Positions 26,703-36,348 are shown, counted from the first letter of the stretch. The stretch: 64,000 nt of DNA from Actinomycetota bacterium (GCA_034190095.1 JAXHTL010000002.1:8374-72373); one strand, 5' to 3'. Numbers and translations are program-made. Notes: generated from the sequence alone by a model not told the origin.

Positions 26703-27812
26703 TCAGGAAGTCTGAACGGTTGCGCCGGGGTCCGGGTTCAGGACGTGCTGCATTCGCTCTTCGCTGGGCATCACCGGCCCGTCGTCGGGCCGGTCGTCGA
26801 TCCCGAGGTCGGCCAACCCCACCGCGGTCAGCATCGACGTGCCGTAGGCGGCCAGGACCAGCTTCTGGTCGTCGCTGTGCCCGGCCTCGACGAGCATCGC
26901 CCCGACCAGGCAGATGACGGCCATCTTGTAGGCGTTCCAGGCCCGGTACCACGGGCGGTTCTGCACGGTGATGCCGCTGACCGACTCATAGTGCGCGATC
27001 AGGTCATCGACGGCCAGGGCGCCCGGGTGGCTGGTGATGCCCACCGGCTGCATCCACAGCAGCTCCAGCCAGCCGATGTCGGTCAGCGGGTCGCCGACGG
27101 TGGTCATCTCCCAGTCGAACACCGCGCTGACCTCAGCGTCGGTGAAGGCGAAGTTGCCCGGTTTGGCGTCGCCGTGCACGAGGGTGACGCGCGGGCAGGG
27201 GGCGGGCATGGTGGCCCGGAGTTCGGCGAGCAGCCTTTCCAGCGCGGGCAGCGGCCCCTTCGCCACGCGGCGCATCTCACCGGCCCACCGGTCGAGCTCG
27301 CGCTGCAGATGCCCGGCGCCGTCGTCGAGGGCGTGCAATCCGGTGGCCTCGAGGTCGACCGTGTGGATCACCGCCAACTGCTCGGCCAGGCTCTGGCACA
27401 TCCGCGCCACCGTCTGATCGGCGGCCTCGGTGGGGGCTTCCATCTCGTAGACGGTGCCGCCGACCCTCTCCATGACGAAGAAGGGCCGCCCGAGGACGTC
27501 GCCGGTGTCTTCGAACCACAGCACCGGTGGAACCCGTACCGCGGTGTTCTGCAGCGCCTCGAGGATGGTGAATTGCCTTGCCAGATCGTAGGGTTCGAGC
27601 AGTGCCGGGGGCGCCGGACGCATCCTGACCACGATCTCGCGCCGCCGCTCACCACCCGGATGCGTTGAGACCACGGTCAGCGCCATCATCTCGGCCGAAT
27701 GCCCGAACGTGACCCGGTCGAGCCCCTCGAGCTCGACCTGACCGGCGTCGCCGCCGATCCGGGAGCGCAACCATCCAGCGAGCCGGTCGCGAAGTTCGGC
27801 GTCGGCGATCAC
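26703..27812 (-). CDS. APH-family phosphotransferase
   Basis: GTG at 27812 overlaps the upstream gene's stop (GTGA). 369 aa. Catalytic loop 'LVHGDAKPGNFAF' and 'VFDWEM'. Confidence 0.85.
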   Translation of the reverse strand: MIADAELRDRLAGWLRSRIGGDAGQVELEGLDRVTFGHSAEMMALTVVSTHPGGERRREIVVRMRPAPPALLEPYDLARQFTILEALQNTAVRVPPVLWFEDTGDVLGRPFFVMERVGGTVYEMEAPTEAADQTVARMCQSLAEQLAVIHTVDLEATGLHALDDGAGHLQRELDRWAGEMRRVAKGPLPALERLLAELRATMPAPCPRVTLVHGDAKPGNFAFTDAEVSAVFDWEMTTVGDPLTDIGWLELLWMQPVGITSHPGALAVDDLIAHYESVSGITVQNRPWYRAWNAYKMAVICLVGAMLVEAGHSDDQKLVLAAYGTSMLTAVGLADLGIDDRPDDGPVMPSEERMQHVLNPDPGATVQTS

Positions 27813-28948
27813 GACGACACCTCGTCGCCGGTGTCGGCGGGCAGCCGATCGACCGGGGTCTTGTCCTGGGTGAACGCCGACATGTCCATCGCGGTCCAGT
27901 TCGGATAGCGCCGGTAGCCCGCACCGCCGAGCAGCAGCTCGAACACCCCCCAGCCGGTCCGGCCGTCGAGCTCGAAGCGCATCAGCTGGTCCAACGCCAT
28001 CGACTTGCCCTCGGTCTCGGCAAGCTGGTCGGGATCGCTGCTGTCCCAGAGGTAGTGGATGAAGTAGGCGCCGTCGCCGAGGTCCTCGTACTGGCAGTGC
28101 GCCATCGGCAGCCCGTAGTAGGCATTGACGTGCTGGTGCGGGGTGTCCGCGGCAACCCGGTAGGTCTGGCCGTCCTCGTCGGTGAACACCAGCGCCGCCG
28201 CGGCCGGCCGTTTGCGGTCGGCGTCGAACTGCACGTCGTGCTCGACCTTGACGAATCGCTTCGACAGGGTGCCGTCGTGAAAGGTGATGCCGCCGTCCAC
28301 GTAGAGAACCTCGCCGTCGCTGGACTCGATGACCCACGCCTCGATCGCGCGGTCGTCGAATCCCGCATCCAGCCACAGCCAGAAGTCGATCTTGTCCGCC
28401 ACCCGCACCCCGAAGGTCCGGTCGCGGCCACCGTCGAAGCCGTCCACGCTGATCCGCCGGCCGTCGATCTGCACCCAACCGCTCCAGCGTCCGGGCTCTT
28501 TCATGTGGTACATGTCGGCCAGGCGCTCACCGTTGGGCGCCGTCACCTTCATCGGCAGCAACTCCCACATCGGGGCGGTCGGCTCGTAGTAGAGCTCCCA
28601 TTCGATACCCGACGCGTTGGGCGCCACGTCGAGGCGCCACTTCTTCAACGGCTCCACACACGTCCAGCGCATCGGCCCCGCGCTCAGCTCGGCCCGGTCG
28701 CCGCCGGCCAGCGGATGGCCGGCCAGCAGGTCCCAGTGCCGCCCGTCGGCCAGGCTCACCTTGACGTATCCCAGCCCGCTGCCGGTGTTCGGATTGTTGC
28801 CGTATCCGCTGGCCAGCAACAGATCTCCGGACGCAGAGGCGGCGAAGAAGTAGCAGCGGTCCGACCACGTCGGGTCCGGATCGTGGACCTGGTCGAAGGT
28901 GGTGGGCAGTTGATGGGTGAATGACTCGTCAGCAGCGGAATAAGCCAT
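27809..28948 (-). CDS. beta-rich protein of unknown function, homologous to the C-terminal domain of the 10410-12401 kinase
   Basis: ATG at 28948 with GGAGAG upstream, 379 aa. Shares 'WSDRCYFF', 'EPLKKW' and 'IDGRRISVDGFDGGRDRTFG' blocks with the fused kinase. Translationally coupled to the downstream kinase. Confidence 0.75.
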   Translation of the reverse strand: MAYSAADESFTHQLPTTFDQVHDPDPTWSDRCYFFAASASGDLLLASGYGNNPNTGSGLGYVKVSLADGRHWDLLAGHPLAGGDRAELSAGPMRWTCVEPLKKWRLDVAPNASGIEWELYYEPTAPMWELLPMKVTAPNGERLADMYHMKEPGRWSGWVQIDGRRISVDGFDGGRDRTFGVRVADKIDFWLWLDAGFDDRAIEAWVIESSDGEVLYVDGGITFHDGTLSKRFVKVEHDVQFDADRKRPAAAALVFTDEDGQTYRVAADTPHQHVNAYYGLPMAHCQYEDLGDGAYFIHYLWDSSDPDQLAETEGKSMALDQLMRFELDGRTGWGVFELLLGGAGYRRYPNWTAMDMSAFTQDKTPVDRLPADTGDEVSS

Positions 28949-29017
28949 AGCGTCTCTCCTGCACCCCGTTGTGAGTCCGGCCGACCCAGCGTGACACTTC
29001 CGCTGCAGAATGTAAAT

Positions 29018-29045
29018 ATCGGACATCACCTGAGAAATGTCCGAT
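29018..29045. promoter_or_regulatory. perfect 9-bp inverted repeat, probable TetR operator
   Basis: ATCGGACAT-N10-ATGTCCGAT lies in the 137-nt gap between the tetR stop (29086) and the start of the partner-domain/kinase operon (28948). Confidence 0.5.
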
Positions 29046-29085
29046 GCCGGGACGAACCCCCGTGAACGTCCGACCTCTGCGCGGA

Positions 29086-29706
29086 TCAGACGATCAGGGC
29101 GCGCAGCAGGTAGCGGTCGACGAATCGACGCTTCGCCGAGGCCGGGCGCGCCCGCCAGTGCGGGGTGAGCAGGAACGACGTGGTCGCCGACATCCACTGC
29201 ACCGTTTCGCGCAGGTCGAGGTCCGAGTAGAGCTGTCCGTCGGCCTTCCACTGCGCGAACAGGGGTTTGAGCTGGGCGGCCACCACATCGGTGATGGCAT
29301 CGGCGCCCGCGTCCAGCACCGGCGCCAACGGCGCACTCTCGGGGCCGTACAGCGCCAGGTTGACAGGATCGCCGCTGTCGACCGCCGACACCGGCGCCAG
29401 CACGAGTTCCCGGATGCTGCGGGCGGCGTCACCGGGTTTCCTCAGCGAGCCGATCCAGCGCGAGCACGCCTGATCCACCCGGCGCAGGATCAGCGCCAGC
29501 AGCAGGTCGTCGCGGTTGGGGAAGTACCGGTACACCGTCGAGCGCACCACCCCGGCCTCGTCGGCCACCTCCCCCATCCGGATCTGCGTGCCGCCGCGGG
29601 CGACGATGCAGCGCACCGCCGCGTCGAGCAGGCGGTCGCGGGCTTCGTCACCGTCGAGCAGGGAGCGTCCGGCTCCCCAGTGGCGGCGCTCGAGTGCTCC
29701 GGACAT
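29086..29706 (-). CDS. TetR-family transcriptional regulator
   Basis: ATG at 29706, 206 aa. HTH region 'IRMGEVADEAGVVRSTVYRYFPNRDDLL'. Confidence 0.85.
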   Translation of the reverse strand: MSGALERRHWGAGRSLLDGDEARDRLLDAAVRCIVARGGTQIRMGEVADEAGVVRSTVYRYFPNRDDLLLALILRRVDQACSRWIGSLRKPGDAARSIRELVLAPVSAVDSGDPVNLALYGPESAPLAPVLDAGADAITDVVAAQLKPLFAQWKADGQLYSDLDLRETVQWMSATTSFLLTPHWRARPASAKRRFVDRYLLRALIV

Positions 29707-29723
29707 GGTGCGATGGTGCCACC

Positions 29724-30539
29724 TCAGTCCGCGGGATCGGGGAGCGGTTCCCATTCCCGCGACACCGAGGCCGTCCACCGGGGCTCCCGGCGTTCCACGA
29801 ACGCGACCGCCCCCTCGCGCGCATCGGCACCCCCCATCACTCGCCGGTGCAGCACCGTCTCGAGTTCGGCCACCTCGCGGGGGCCGTAGCCGCGACCCAT
29901 GGTGTCCCACAGCAGCCTCTTGGACAGCGCGGCCGACATCGGCGCGACGTTGGTCGCGATGTCGCGGGCGACGCTCATCGCGACGTCGAGCACCTCGCCG
30001 CCGGGCACCACCCGGGAGGCGAGGCCCATGGCCGCGGCCTCGGCCCCGGTGAAGGTCCGCCCGGTCAGCAGCAACTCGGCGGCCACCGCACCGCCGACCA
30101 GACGCGGCAACGTCCAGTGCGACATGCAGTCGCCGATCACTCCGCGGCGCACCTGCGCGACAGCGTATTTCGCCTCCAGCGACATGATCCGGAGGTCGGC
30201 CTGCAGCGCCATGGTCAGCCCGATTCCGACGGCGTGGCCGTTGACCGCCGCGATCACCGGCGTGCGCAGTTCGAACGCCGCGGGATCGATCGGAGACGCG
30301 GTGAACGCCTCGTCGGCCGCGCCGAACACCCCTTCCGGCGTGTCGAGGTCAGCGCCGGCACAGAACGCCTCCCCCGCGCCGGTGAGGACGATCGCACGCA
30401 CCTCGTCGTCATCGTCGCAGCGTCGGTACGCGCTGCTGAGCAGCTCCCCCATCTGCGCGGTGTAGGCGTTGCGGCGCGCCGGGCGATTCAGCGTCAGCAA
30501 CGCGACGCCGGCGTTGACGCCGACGGTCAGATCGCTCAT
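29724..30539 (-). CDS. enoyl-CoA hydratase/isomerase (crotonase) family protein
   Basis: 271 aa. 'ALLTLNRPARRNA', 'VLTGAGEAFCAGADL', 'VIAAVNGHAVGIG'. Confidence 0.9.
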   Translation of the reverse strand: MSDLTVGVNAGVALLTLNRPARRNAYTAQMGELLSSAYRRCDDDDEVRAIVLTGAGEAFCAGADLDTPEGVFGAADEAFTASPIDPAAFELRTPVIAAVNGHAVGIGLTMALQADLRIMSLEAKYAVAQVRRGVIGDCMSHWTLPRLVGGAVAAELLLTGRTFTGAEAAAMGLASRVVPGGEVLDVAMSVARDIATNVAPMSAALSKRLLWDTMGRGYGPREVAELETVLHRRVMGGADAREGAVAFVERREPRWTASVSREWEPLPDPAD

Positions 30540-30589
30540 GTCGGGAGAACTTACCGAGCCCGCAGCCGCCGCCGGAGGACAATGCGGGG

Positions 30590-31501
30590 GTGGAAACCCG
30601 CCGCCTCGAACTGCTGTTGGCCCTCTCGCGGCTCGGCTCGATGCGCGCCGTCGCCGAAGCGCATCACCTCACCACCTCGACGGTGTCGCAGCAGATCGCC
30701 GCACTGGCCCGCGAGACCGGCGCCGCGCTGATCGAGCCGCAGGGCCGGCACGTGCGGCTGACCCCGGCCGGGAGACGGCTGGCCGATCACGCCGTCACCA
30801 TCCTGGCCGCCGTCGACAGCGCCCGACTGGACATGGATCCCGAGGCCGACCCGGTGGGCACCGTGCGTATCGGCGGATTCGCCACCGGGATCCGGGTGTC
30901 GTTGCTGCCGATCGTGGCCGACCTGCGGGTCCGCCATCCCGGGGTACGGCTGGTGATCGGCGAGTACGAGCCGATCGAGGCGTTTCGCCTGCTCGCCGAT
31001 GACGACCTCGATCTTGCACTGGCGTACGACTACAACCTGGCGCCCGCCTCACCCGGGCCGGCACTCGAGACGGTGGCCCTGTGGTCCACGCAGTGGGGGC
31101 TGGCCGTGCCGACCACGTCGGCGACCGATTCCGGCATCGCCGCATTCGCCGACGCCACCTGGATCGTCAACTCCCGCAACACCGCCGATGAGACGGCAGT
31201 GCGCACGCTGGCCGCGCTGGCCGGCTTCACGCCGACCATCGGCCACCAGATCGACAGCCTCGATCTGGTCGAGGACCTCATCGTGGCCGGGTTCGGCGTG
31301 GGCCTGCTGCCGCTGGACCGGCCGACCGCCAACGGTGTCACGGTGCTGCCCCTGACCGATCCCGAGGTGACGCTGACGGCCTACGCCGTCACTCGCCGCG
31401 GCCGCACCGAGTGGCCGCCGCTGCGCACGGTGTTGGACCGGCTTCGTCCCGCCGCCGGCGAGTTGCGTCGCCCGTCGTGGCCGCGCCCCGAAGCCCGGTG
31501 A
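30590..31501 (+). CDS. LysR-family transcriptional regulator
   Basis: 303 aa. N-terminal HTH 'LELLLALSRLGSMRAVAEAHHLTTSTVSQQIAALARE'. Divergent from the crotonase gene. Confidence 0.9.
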   Translation: METRRLELLLALSRLGSMRAVAEAHHLTTSTVSQQIAALARETGAALIEPQGRHVRLTPAGRRLADHAVTILAAVDSARLDMDPEADPVGTVRIGGFATGIRVSLLPIVADLRVRHPGVRLVIGEYEPIEAFRLLADDDLDLALAYDYNLAPASPGPALETVALWSTQWGLAVPTTSATDSGIAAFADATWIVNSRNTADETAVRTLAALAGFTPTIGHQIDSLDLVEDLIVAGFGVGLLPLDRPTANGVTVLPLTDPEVTLTAYAVTRRGRTEWPPLRTVLDRLRPAAGELRRPSWPRPEAR

Positions 31502-31503
31502 CC

Positions 31504-32607
31504 CTAGCGGGAGCCGTTCCACCAACCCCCGTGATGCGAGCGGTTGCCACCGGCCTTCTTGGCCACGTACATCGCGGCATCCGCAGCGCCGACCAATTGG
31601 TGGTATTGCTTGGCCGCAGCCCCACCATGGACCTCGCCCAAGCGCACGGCCACGGTGCCGACACTTGCGGTCAGGGGCGGCCAGAACGGGACGCCGGCAA
31701 TCACAGCACACAGGTGCGGCCCCACATCGTCGACCGCCTCAGGGTGGACGATATCGACGACCAGGAACTCTTCGCCCCCGACCCGCCCCACGACAGCTGA
31801 TTTGTTCAGGCTGCTGCTCAACGCGGAACCCACGGATGCCAGCGCGGCATCACCGACCGGGTGACCCCGCGTGTCGTTGATGGTCTTGAAGGCGTCCAGG
31901 TCGACCATCGCCAGCACGAGGCACAAGGGGGTGTCGCGTCCGGTGGCCAGCGCACCGACCGCGGCCTGTTGGATCGCGCGGCGGTTCAACAGGCCGGTGA
32001 GCGAGTCCCGATGGGATTCCCGCAGATCGAGCCCGAGCGCACCGACGACGATCTGAATCGCCAACGGCACCGCCAAGTTGAGTTCGAGCACCAGGACGTA
32101 TCCGGTCAGCGCCAGCACGATGTCACCGGCAGCGATGATGCGGGCGGCCGCGACAGCGCCGACCCCGACAGCGAGTGCGAAGTTGGCCGCGGCAACGGGC
32201 GCGCTGTGGAAGAAGGCCAGATACCCGCCCGGCACCGTCAAGGCGGCGCAACCCATCATGGCGATCAACGGATCGCCCTGCCCGAGCGAACCCACGGCGA
32301 TCGCGACGCTTCCGGTCATCGCAAACGCGATGGATTGCTTCTTGGTGGGCCATCCCGTCAGCCACCGCGCCGCCCACACCGCGCCCGCGATCCCGGCCAG
32401 CGCACCGACGACCGCGATGACGGGTAGATCCAGTGCCGGCGGGCCCCACAGATTGTTGACCGGGACCAACAGCAGTGAGGCTCCGATGGCCGCCATCAGC
32501 CTGCGGGTCGGGCGATCCAGCTCACGCGCCTGCAGGTAGCCGCTGAGCCAGTCGAAGTTGTCGGGCCGGCTCCACCATCGCGCCAGCCCGCCCCCGGTGC
32601 CCCCCAC
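31504..32607 (-). CDS. membrane-anchored diguanylate cyclase (GGDEF domain)
   Basis: 367 aa. About 6 N-terminal TM helices. 'DSLTGLLNRR' and active site 'RVGGEEFLVV'. Confidence 0.85.
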   Translation of the reverse strand: MGGTGGGLARWWSRPDNFDWLSGYLQARELDRPTRRLMAAIGASLLLVPVNNLWGPPALDLPVIAVVGALAGIAGAVWAARWLTGWPTKKQSIAFAMTGSVAIAVGSLGQGDPLIAMMGCAALTVPGGYLAFFHSAPVAAANFALAVGVGAVAAARIIAAGDIVLALTGYVLVLELNLAVPLAIQIVVGALGLDLRESHRDSLTGLLNRRAIQQAAVGALATGRDTPLCLVLAMVDLDAFKTINDTRGHPVGDAALASVGSALSSSLNKSAVVGRVGGEEFLVVDIVHPEAVDDVGPHLCAVIAGVPFWPPLTASVGTVAVRLGEVHGGAAAKQYHQLVGAADAAMYVAKKAGGNRSHHGGWWNGSR

Positions 32608-32731
32608 AGTTACCTCTCACGGCCGCTCGCAGCGCCCTCGCGGGGGCGCTGCGATCGATGTCCACGCGACAGTCTGCGAAAATACCTGAGAATTCAGCGA
32701 ATGCGCCGCTCGACCGCGCTTGCAGATGTTT

Positions 32732-33463
32732 CTACCATCGAGCGCTGTCTCGACCGGCGGAACGGGCCAAGTCGTCCGCCTGCCGGCGCACGAAGCCGGC
32801 GTCGACGACCGCCCCGTGTCCGGGCACGTAGACCGCATCCGCACCGCCGGCCGCCAGCAGCCGACCCAGCGTGGCCGGCCATGCGGCCAGGTCGGACTCC
32901 GCATCGACGCTCGGATCGGCCGACTCCTCGACCAGATCACCGCAGAACACCACGGTGCGGTCGGGTCCGGTGACCACCGCGATCAGATCGTGGTCGGTGT
33001 GGCCGCGGCCGGGATGGCTGATCGTCACCTCGACCTCGCCGAATCGCAGCACCCCCGCGGCCCGCGCATCGCGGGGCGGTACCAGCGCCGCCAGCGCCCG
33101 GTCGACCGCGGCCGGGTCGGCGCCGTGGTGCAGCGCGTCGGCGCGCAACTGCGCCCGGCGCTCGGTCATCGTCGCCGTCACCGCAGCGGCACAGTACGTC
33201 GATGCGTCGCCGAACACCGGGCGGCCGAGGATGTGGTCGAAGTGGTGGTGGGTCAGCAGTACGTGCCCGACGTCGCAGCCGGTCAGTGTGCGCACGTCGG
33301 CGGCGACCGTCCGCGCTTCGGCCAGGGTCGTCCCGGTGTCGATCAGCAGGGCCGTCCCGCCCGAGGCGACCAGCCCCACCGTGACATCGCAGAACCGCAG
33401 CCGGCACCGGAACACATGCGCGCTGAGCTGCTCCCATGCCAGGTTCGGTGCTTCGGCGGCCAC
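32732..33463 (-). CDS. MBL-fold metallo-hydrolase
   Basis: 'LLTHHHFDHILG' (HxHxDH). Start placed at GTG 33463, because the ATG at 33526 would overlap the divergent DoxX start codon. Confidence 0.7.
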   Translation of the reverse strand: MAAEAPNLAWEQLSAHVFRCRLRFCDVTVGLVASGGTALLIDTGTTLAEARTVAADVRTLTGCDVGHVLLTHHHFDHILGRPVFGDASTYCAAAVTATMTERRAQLRADALHHGADPAAVDRALAALVPPRDARAAGVLRFGEVEVTISHPGRGHTDHDLIAVVTGPDRTVVFCGDLVEESADPSVDAESDLAAWPATLGRLLAAGGADAVYVPGHGAVVDAGFVRRQADDLARSAGRDSARW

Positions 33464-33524
33464 CTCGGTGAAGTTACCCCGCGACCCGGGTTTGTCTGCC
33501 GAGGAGCCGGGGAACACGACCCGC

Positions 33525-34439
33525 ATGCTGATCCGACGTGTCGCGCGCCCCATGCTCTCCGCCGTGTTCATCTCACGCGGGGTCGAAGCCCTGCGAAGCC
33601 CGAAGCCGGCAGCCGATGCCACCCGCCAGACCCTCGAGGGGCTGTCCAAGCTGCCCGAACCGGTCGGCCCCAACGTGCCGTCCAACGCCGAGACCGTCGC
33701 CAAGGTCAACGCCGCCGTGCAGATCGGCGCCGGGCTGTTGTTGGCCACCGGCCGCTTCCCGCGGGTGGCCTCCATCGCACTGGCCGCCAGCATGGTCCCC
33801 AGTTCGGTTGGCGGTCACGCGTTCTGGAACGAGGTCGACCCGCAGCGCAAGGCCGAGGAGCGTAAGGCCTTCATCACCGATGTGAGCCTGCTCGGCGGCC
33901 TGATCATCGCCGCGGTGGACACCGAGGGCAAACCGTCACTGGGCTGGCGCGGACGCCGCGCCGCCCACAAGGTCTCCGAGTCCGTGGCAGCAGCCCTTCC
34001 CGCCGGCGCGGCCGCCGGCTCGTCGCTGAGCGACAGCGAGTTCGCCGAGAAGCTCGAGCACGGGTTGCACGCGGGTGCCGAACGCGGTCGCGAGTTCGCC
34101 CACATCGCCCGCGAGCGCGGCGAGGAATGGGCCGAACTGGCCCGCGAACGCGGCGGCGAATGGGCCGACCTCGCCCGTGAGCGGGGTGAGGAATGGGCCG
34201 AACTGGCCCGCGAGCACGGCGGCGAATGGGCCGACGTGGCCCGCGAACGCGGCGAGGAATGGGCCGGACTCGCCCGTCAGCGCGGTCAGGACCTGGCCAC
34301 CACCGCGCGCGACCGGGGCCCGGAGTTGGCCGACGTCGCCCACGGACGGGGCTCGGAGTGGGCCGAGCTGGCCCGCGGCCGTGCCGCCGAGCTCGCCGAC
34401 ACCGCCGAGAGCGAAGTCAAGAAGCGCCGCAAACGCTGA
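33525..34439 (+). CDS. DoxX-family membrane protein with C-terminal 11-residue tandem-repeat tail
   Basis: ATG at 33525, 304 aa. DoxX-like N-terminal ~135 aa ('MLSAVFISRGVEAL', 'GGHAFW'), then the repeat tail and a 'KKRRKR' end. Confidence 0.75.
   Translation: MLIRRVARPMLSAVFISRGVEALRSPKPAADATRQTLEGLSKLPEPVGPNVPSNAETVAKVNAAVQIGAGLLLATGRFPRVASIALAASMVPSSVGGHAFWNEVDPQRKAEERKAFITDVSLLGGLIIAAVDTEGKPSLGWRGRRAAHKVSESVAAALPAGAAAGSSLSDSEFAEKLEHGLHAGAERGREFAHIARERGEEWAELARERGGEWADLARERGEEWAELAREHGGEWADVARERGEEWAGLARQRGQDLATTARDRGPELADVAHGRGSEWAELARGRAAELADTAESEVKKRRKR
34077..34403 (+). repeat. in-frame tandem repeat, about ten copies of a 33-bp/11-aa unit (consensus ARERGEEWAEL)
   Basis: AERGREFAHI-ARERGEEWAEL-ARERGGEWADL-ARERGEEWAEL-AREHGGEWADV-ARERGEEWAGL-ARQRGQDLATT-ARDRGPELADV-AHGRGSEWAEL-ARGRAAELADT, read directly from the translation. 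Confidence 0.85.
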
Positions 34440-34511
34440 AACCTTCCGCTGATCGAGCACGGCTCGGTACCGTGAGTGTTCAACGCTGACCTCTCGAGAA
34501 AGCGCGCAGCC

Positions 34512-35003
34512 ATGACGAGCGACTACCCGCCGCAACCCGGCCAGTACGGATACCCGGGGTCCTATCCTCCGCCCGGCGGCAACGTCCGCCCCGGCGGCCT
34601 GGGTGCCCGGTTCGCAGCGCGGTTCATCGACGGCATCATCGTCGCCATCGTCGGCGGGATACTCGCGTTCGCCGTGGACGCTGCGTCCAACGTCTGGATC
34701 ACCGGGCTGTTCACCGGTCTACTGACCTTCGTCTACTTCGTCGCCCTGGAGGTCACGCAGGGCTGGACGCTGGGCAAGAAGCTGCTGGGGATGAGCGTGC
34801 ACGGACCCGGGGGTGCGCCGAAGCCGACGGTCGGTCAGTCCGCGATCCGCAACTCCTGGACGCTGCTGCCCATCATCCCGTTCGTCGGCGGGCTGCTCGG
34901 CCTGATCGCCATCGTCGTCATCGCCGTCACGATCAACGGCAGCCCCACCAAGCAGGGCAAACACGACGACCTGGCGGGCGGGACGCAGGTCGTCAAGAAC
35001 TGA
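34512..35003 (+). CDS. RDD-family membrane protein with Pro/Gly/Tyr-rich N-terminus
   Basis: ATG at 34512, 163 aa. 'GARFAARFIDGIIV' RDD motif region and 3 TM helices. Confidence 0.8.
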   Translation: MTSDYPPQPGQYGYPGSYPPPGGNVRPGGLGARFAARFIDGIIVAIVGGILAFAVDAASNVWITGLFTGLLTFVYFVALEVTQGWTLGKKLLGMSVHGPGGAPKPTVGQSAIRNSWTLLPIIPFVGGLLGLIAIVVIAVTINGSPTKQGKHDDLAGGTQVVKN

Positions 35004-35043
35004 CCCTGATCTGCTCGCCGTCCACGCTGGTGATCGGCAATGG

Positions 35044-35940
35044 TTGACTACCTGCGTGAGCAGAGAACCTCAGCTGGCCCGCCGGCTGTTCGACCGCATC
35101 GAGCCCGTCCACGCCGTCACTTATTTCGCCCCCGAGGCTCGGGAAGCACTCGACGGCCTCGGCTGCCGGGGCTTCTGGATGGGCTATTTCGCAGCCCGGT
35201 CGGCCCCGCTCGGGGTGGTGCCCGCCGAAGTCGTCACCGCCGCGTTCTACAACTTCACCCCCGAACGTGTCGCCAAGTCGCTGTCCGGCGCCTGGGCGGT
35301 GGCCGCACCGGCCGACGCGCTGCGCGCGCGGGAACGCGGGGCCCAGGCCGCCCTGCGCCGAGCCGGGGTGAGTGACGCCGAAGCACAGATCGCCGCCGAT
35401 CTCGCCATGAAGGCCGCCACCCACCCGGAGGTCGGCGGACGCACCCTGTACGCGGCCAACCGTGCGCTGGACTGGCCCGCCGACCCCATCGCGCGGCTCT
35501 GGCACGCGGTCACCTTGCTGCGCGAACACCGCGGCGACGGTCACATCGCCGTGCTGACCGCGGTCGGGGTGTCGGGCCGGGAATGCAATGTGCTGCACGC
35601 CGCGGCGGACCGGGTGCCCGAGGCGATGATCAAACGCAGCCGCGACTACGACGACGCCACCTGGGAGCTGCACCGCGATGCGCTGCGCCGCCGCGGGCTG
35701 CTCGACGGCACCGGCGGACTCACTGCGGCCGGACGCGATCTCAAGCAGCACGTCGAGGACACCACCGATGCACTCGCCCTGCCCGCGCTGGCGGCGCTCA
35801 CCGACGACGAGGTCGAGGCGCTGTTCCGGGCACTGACCCCGATCACCAGGAAGGTCGTGGCGGCAGGGGACGTCCCCGACGCCACCCCGATGGGGCTGCG
35901 TCGCGACGACCTCGACGACGACAGCGCCCACCTGGGCTGA
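35044..35940 (+). CDS. conserved actinobacterial hypothetical protein
   Basis: 298 aa, GC3-rich. 'RIEPVHAVTYFAPEAREA...GFWMGYFAARSAPLG'. I cannot name a family with confidence. Confidence 0.6.
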   Translation: MTTCVSREPQLARRLFDRIEPVHAVTYFAPEAREALDGLGCRGFWMGYFAARSAPLGVVPAEVVTAAFYNFTPERVAKSLSGAWAVAAPADALRARERGAQAALRRAGVSDAEAQIAADLAMKAATHPEVGGRTLYAANRALDWPADPIARLWHAVTLLREHRGDGHIAVLTAVGVSGRECNVLHAAADRVPEAMIKRSRDYDDATWELHRDALRRRGLLDGTGGLTAAGRDLKQHVEDTTDALALPALAALTDDEVEALFRALTPITRKVVAAGDVPDATPMGLRRDDLDDDSAHLG

Positions 35941-35942
35941 AC

Positions 35943-36266
35943 TCAGCGCGGGCCGTACATGATGAGCCCGACGCCGGCGAGCGACACCGCCGCGCCGATG
36001 ACGTCCCAGCGGTCGGGCCGGAAACCGTCGGCGACGATGCCCCACAGCAGCGACCCAGCGATGAACACCCCGCCGTAGGCCGCCAGCACCCGGCCGAAGT
36101 GCGGATCCGGCTGGAAGGCCGCCACGAAGCCGTAGGCCCCCAACGCGATCACCCCGGCGCCCATCCACAGCACCCCGCGGTGCTCCCGGACGCCCTGCCA
36201 CACCAGCCAGGCGCCGCCGATCTCGAGGATGGCGGCCAGCACGAACAACAGCACGGATTTGATCAC
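35943..36266 (-). CDS. ynfA: YnfA-family (UPF0060) small membrane protein
   Basis: GTG at 36266, 107 aa. Colinear with E. coli YnfA ('[22 protein letters not shown]...[15 protein letters not shown]'). Confidence 0.8.
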   Translation of the reverse strand: MIKSVLLFVLAAILEIGGAWLVWQGVREHRGVLWMGAGVIALGAYGFVAAFQPDPHFGRVLAAYGGVFIAGSLLWGIVADGFRPDRWDVIGAAVSLAGVGLIMYGPR

Positions 36267-36348
36267 CACCACCCCACCCTGACCCGACCCGGGCCGAATC
36301 GGCTGATTGCGGCGGCGTGTCGGGGCCGCCACCCCAACGTCCCTCGCC

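Noticed and set aside
33524-33527. Divergent genes with overlapping ATG start codons in GCATGC (MBL hydrolase vs DoxX)
   Set aside because: This would leave no promoter or RBS space. The MBL start was moved to the in-frame GTG at 33463. The ATG at 33526 is probably not used.
34077-34403. Regular 33-bp periodicity as a CRISPR-like array
   Set aside because: The units are contiguous with no spacers, are in frame, and translate into a coherent 11-aa repeat within the DoxX ORF.
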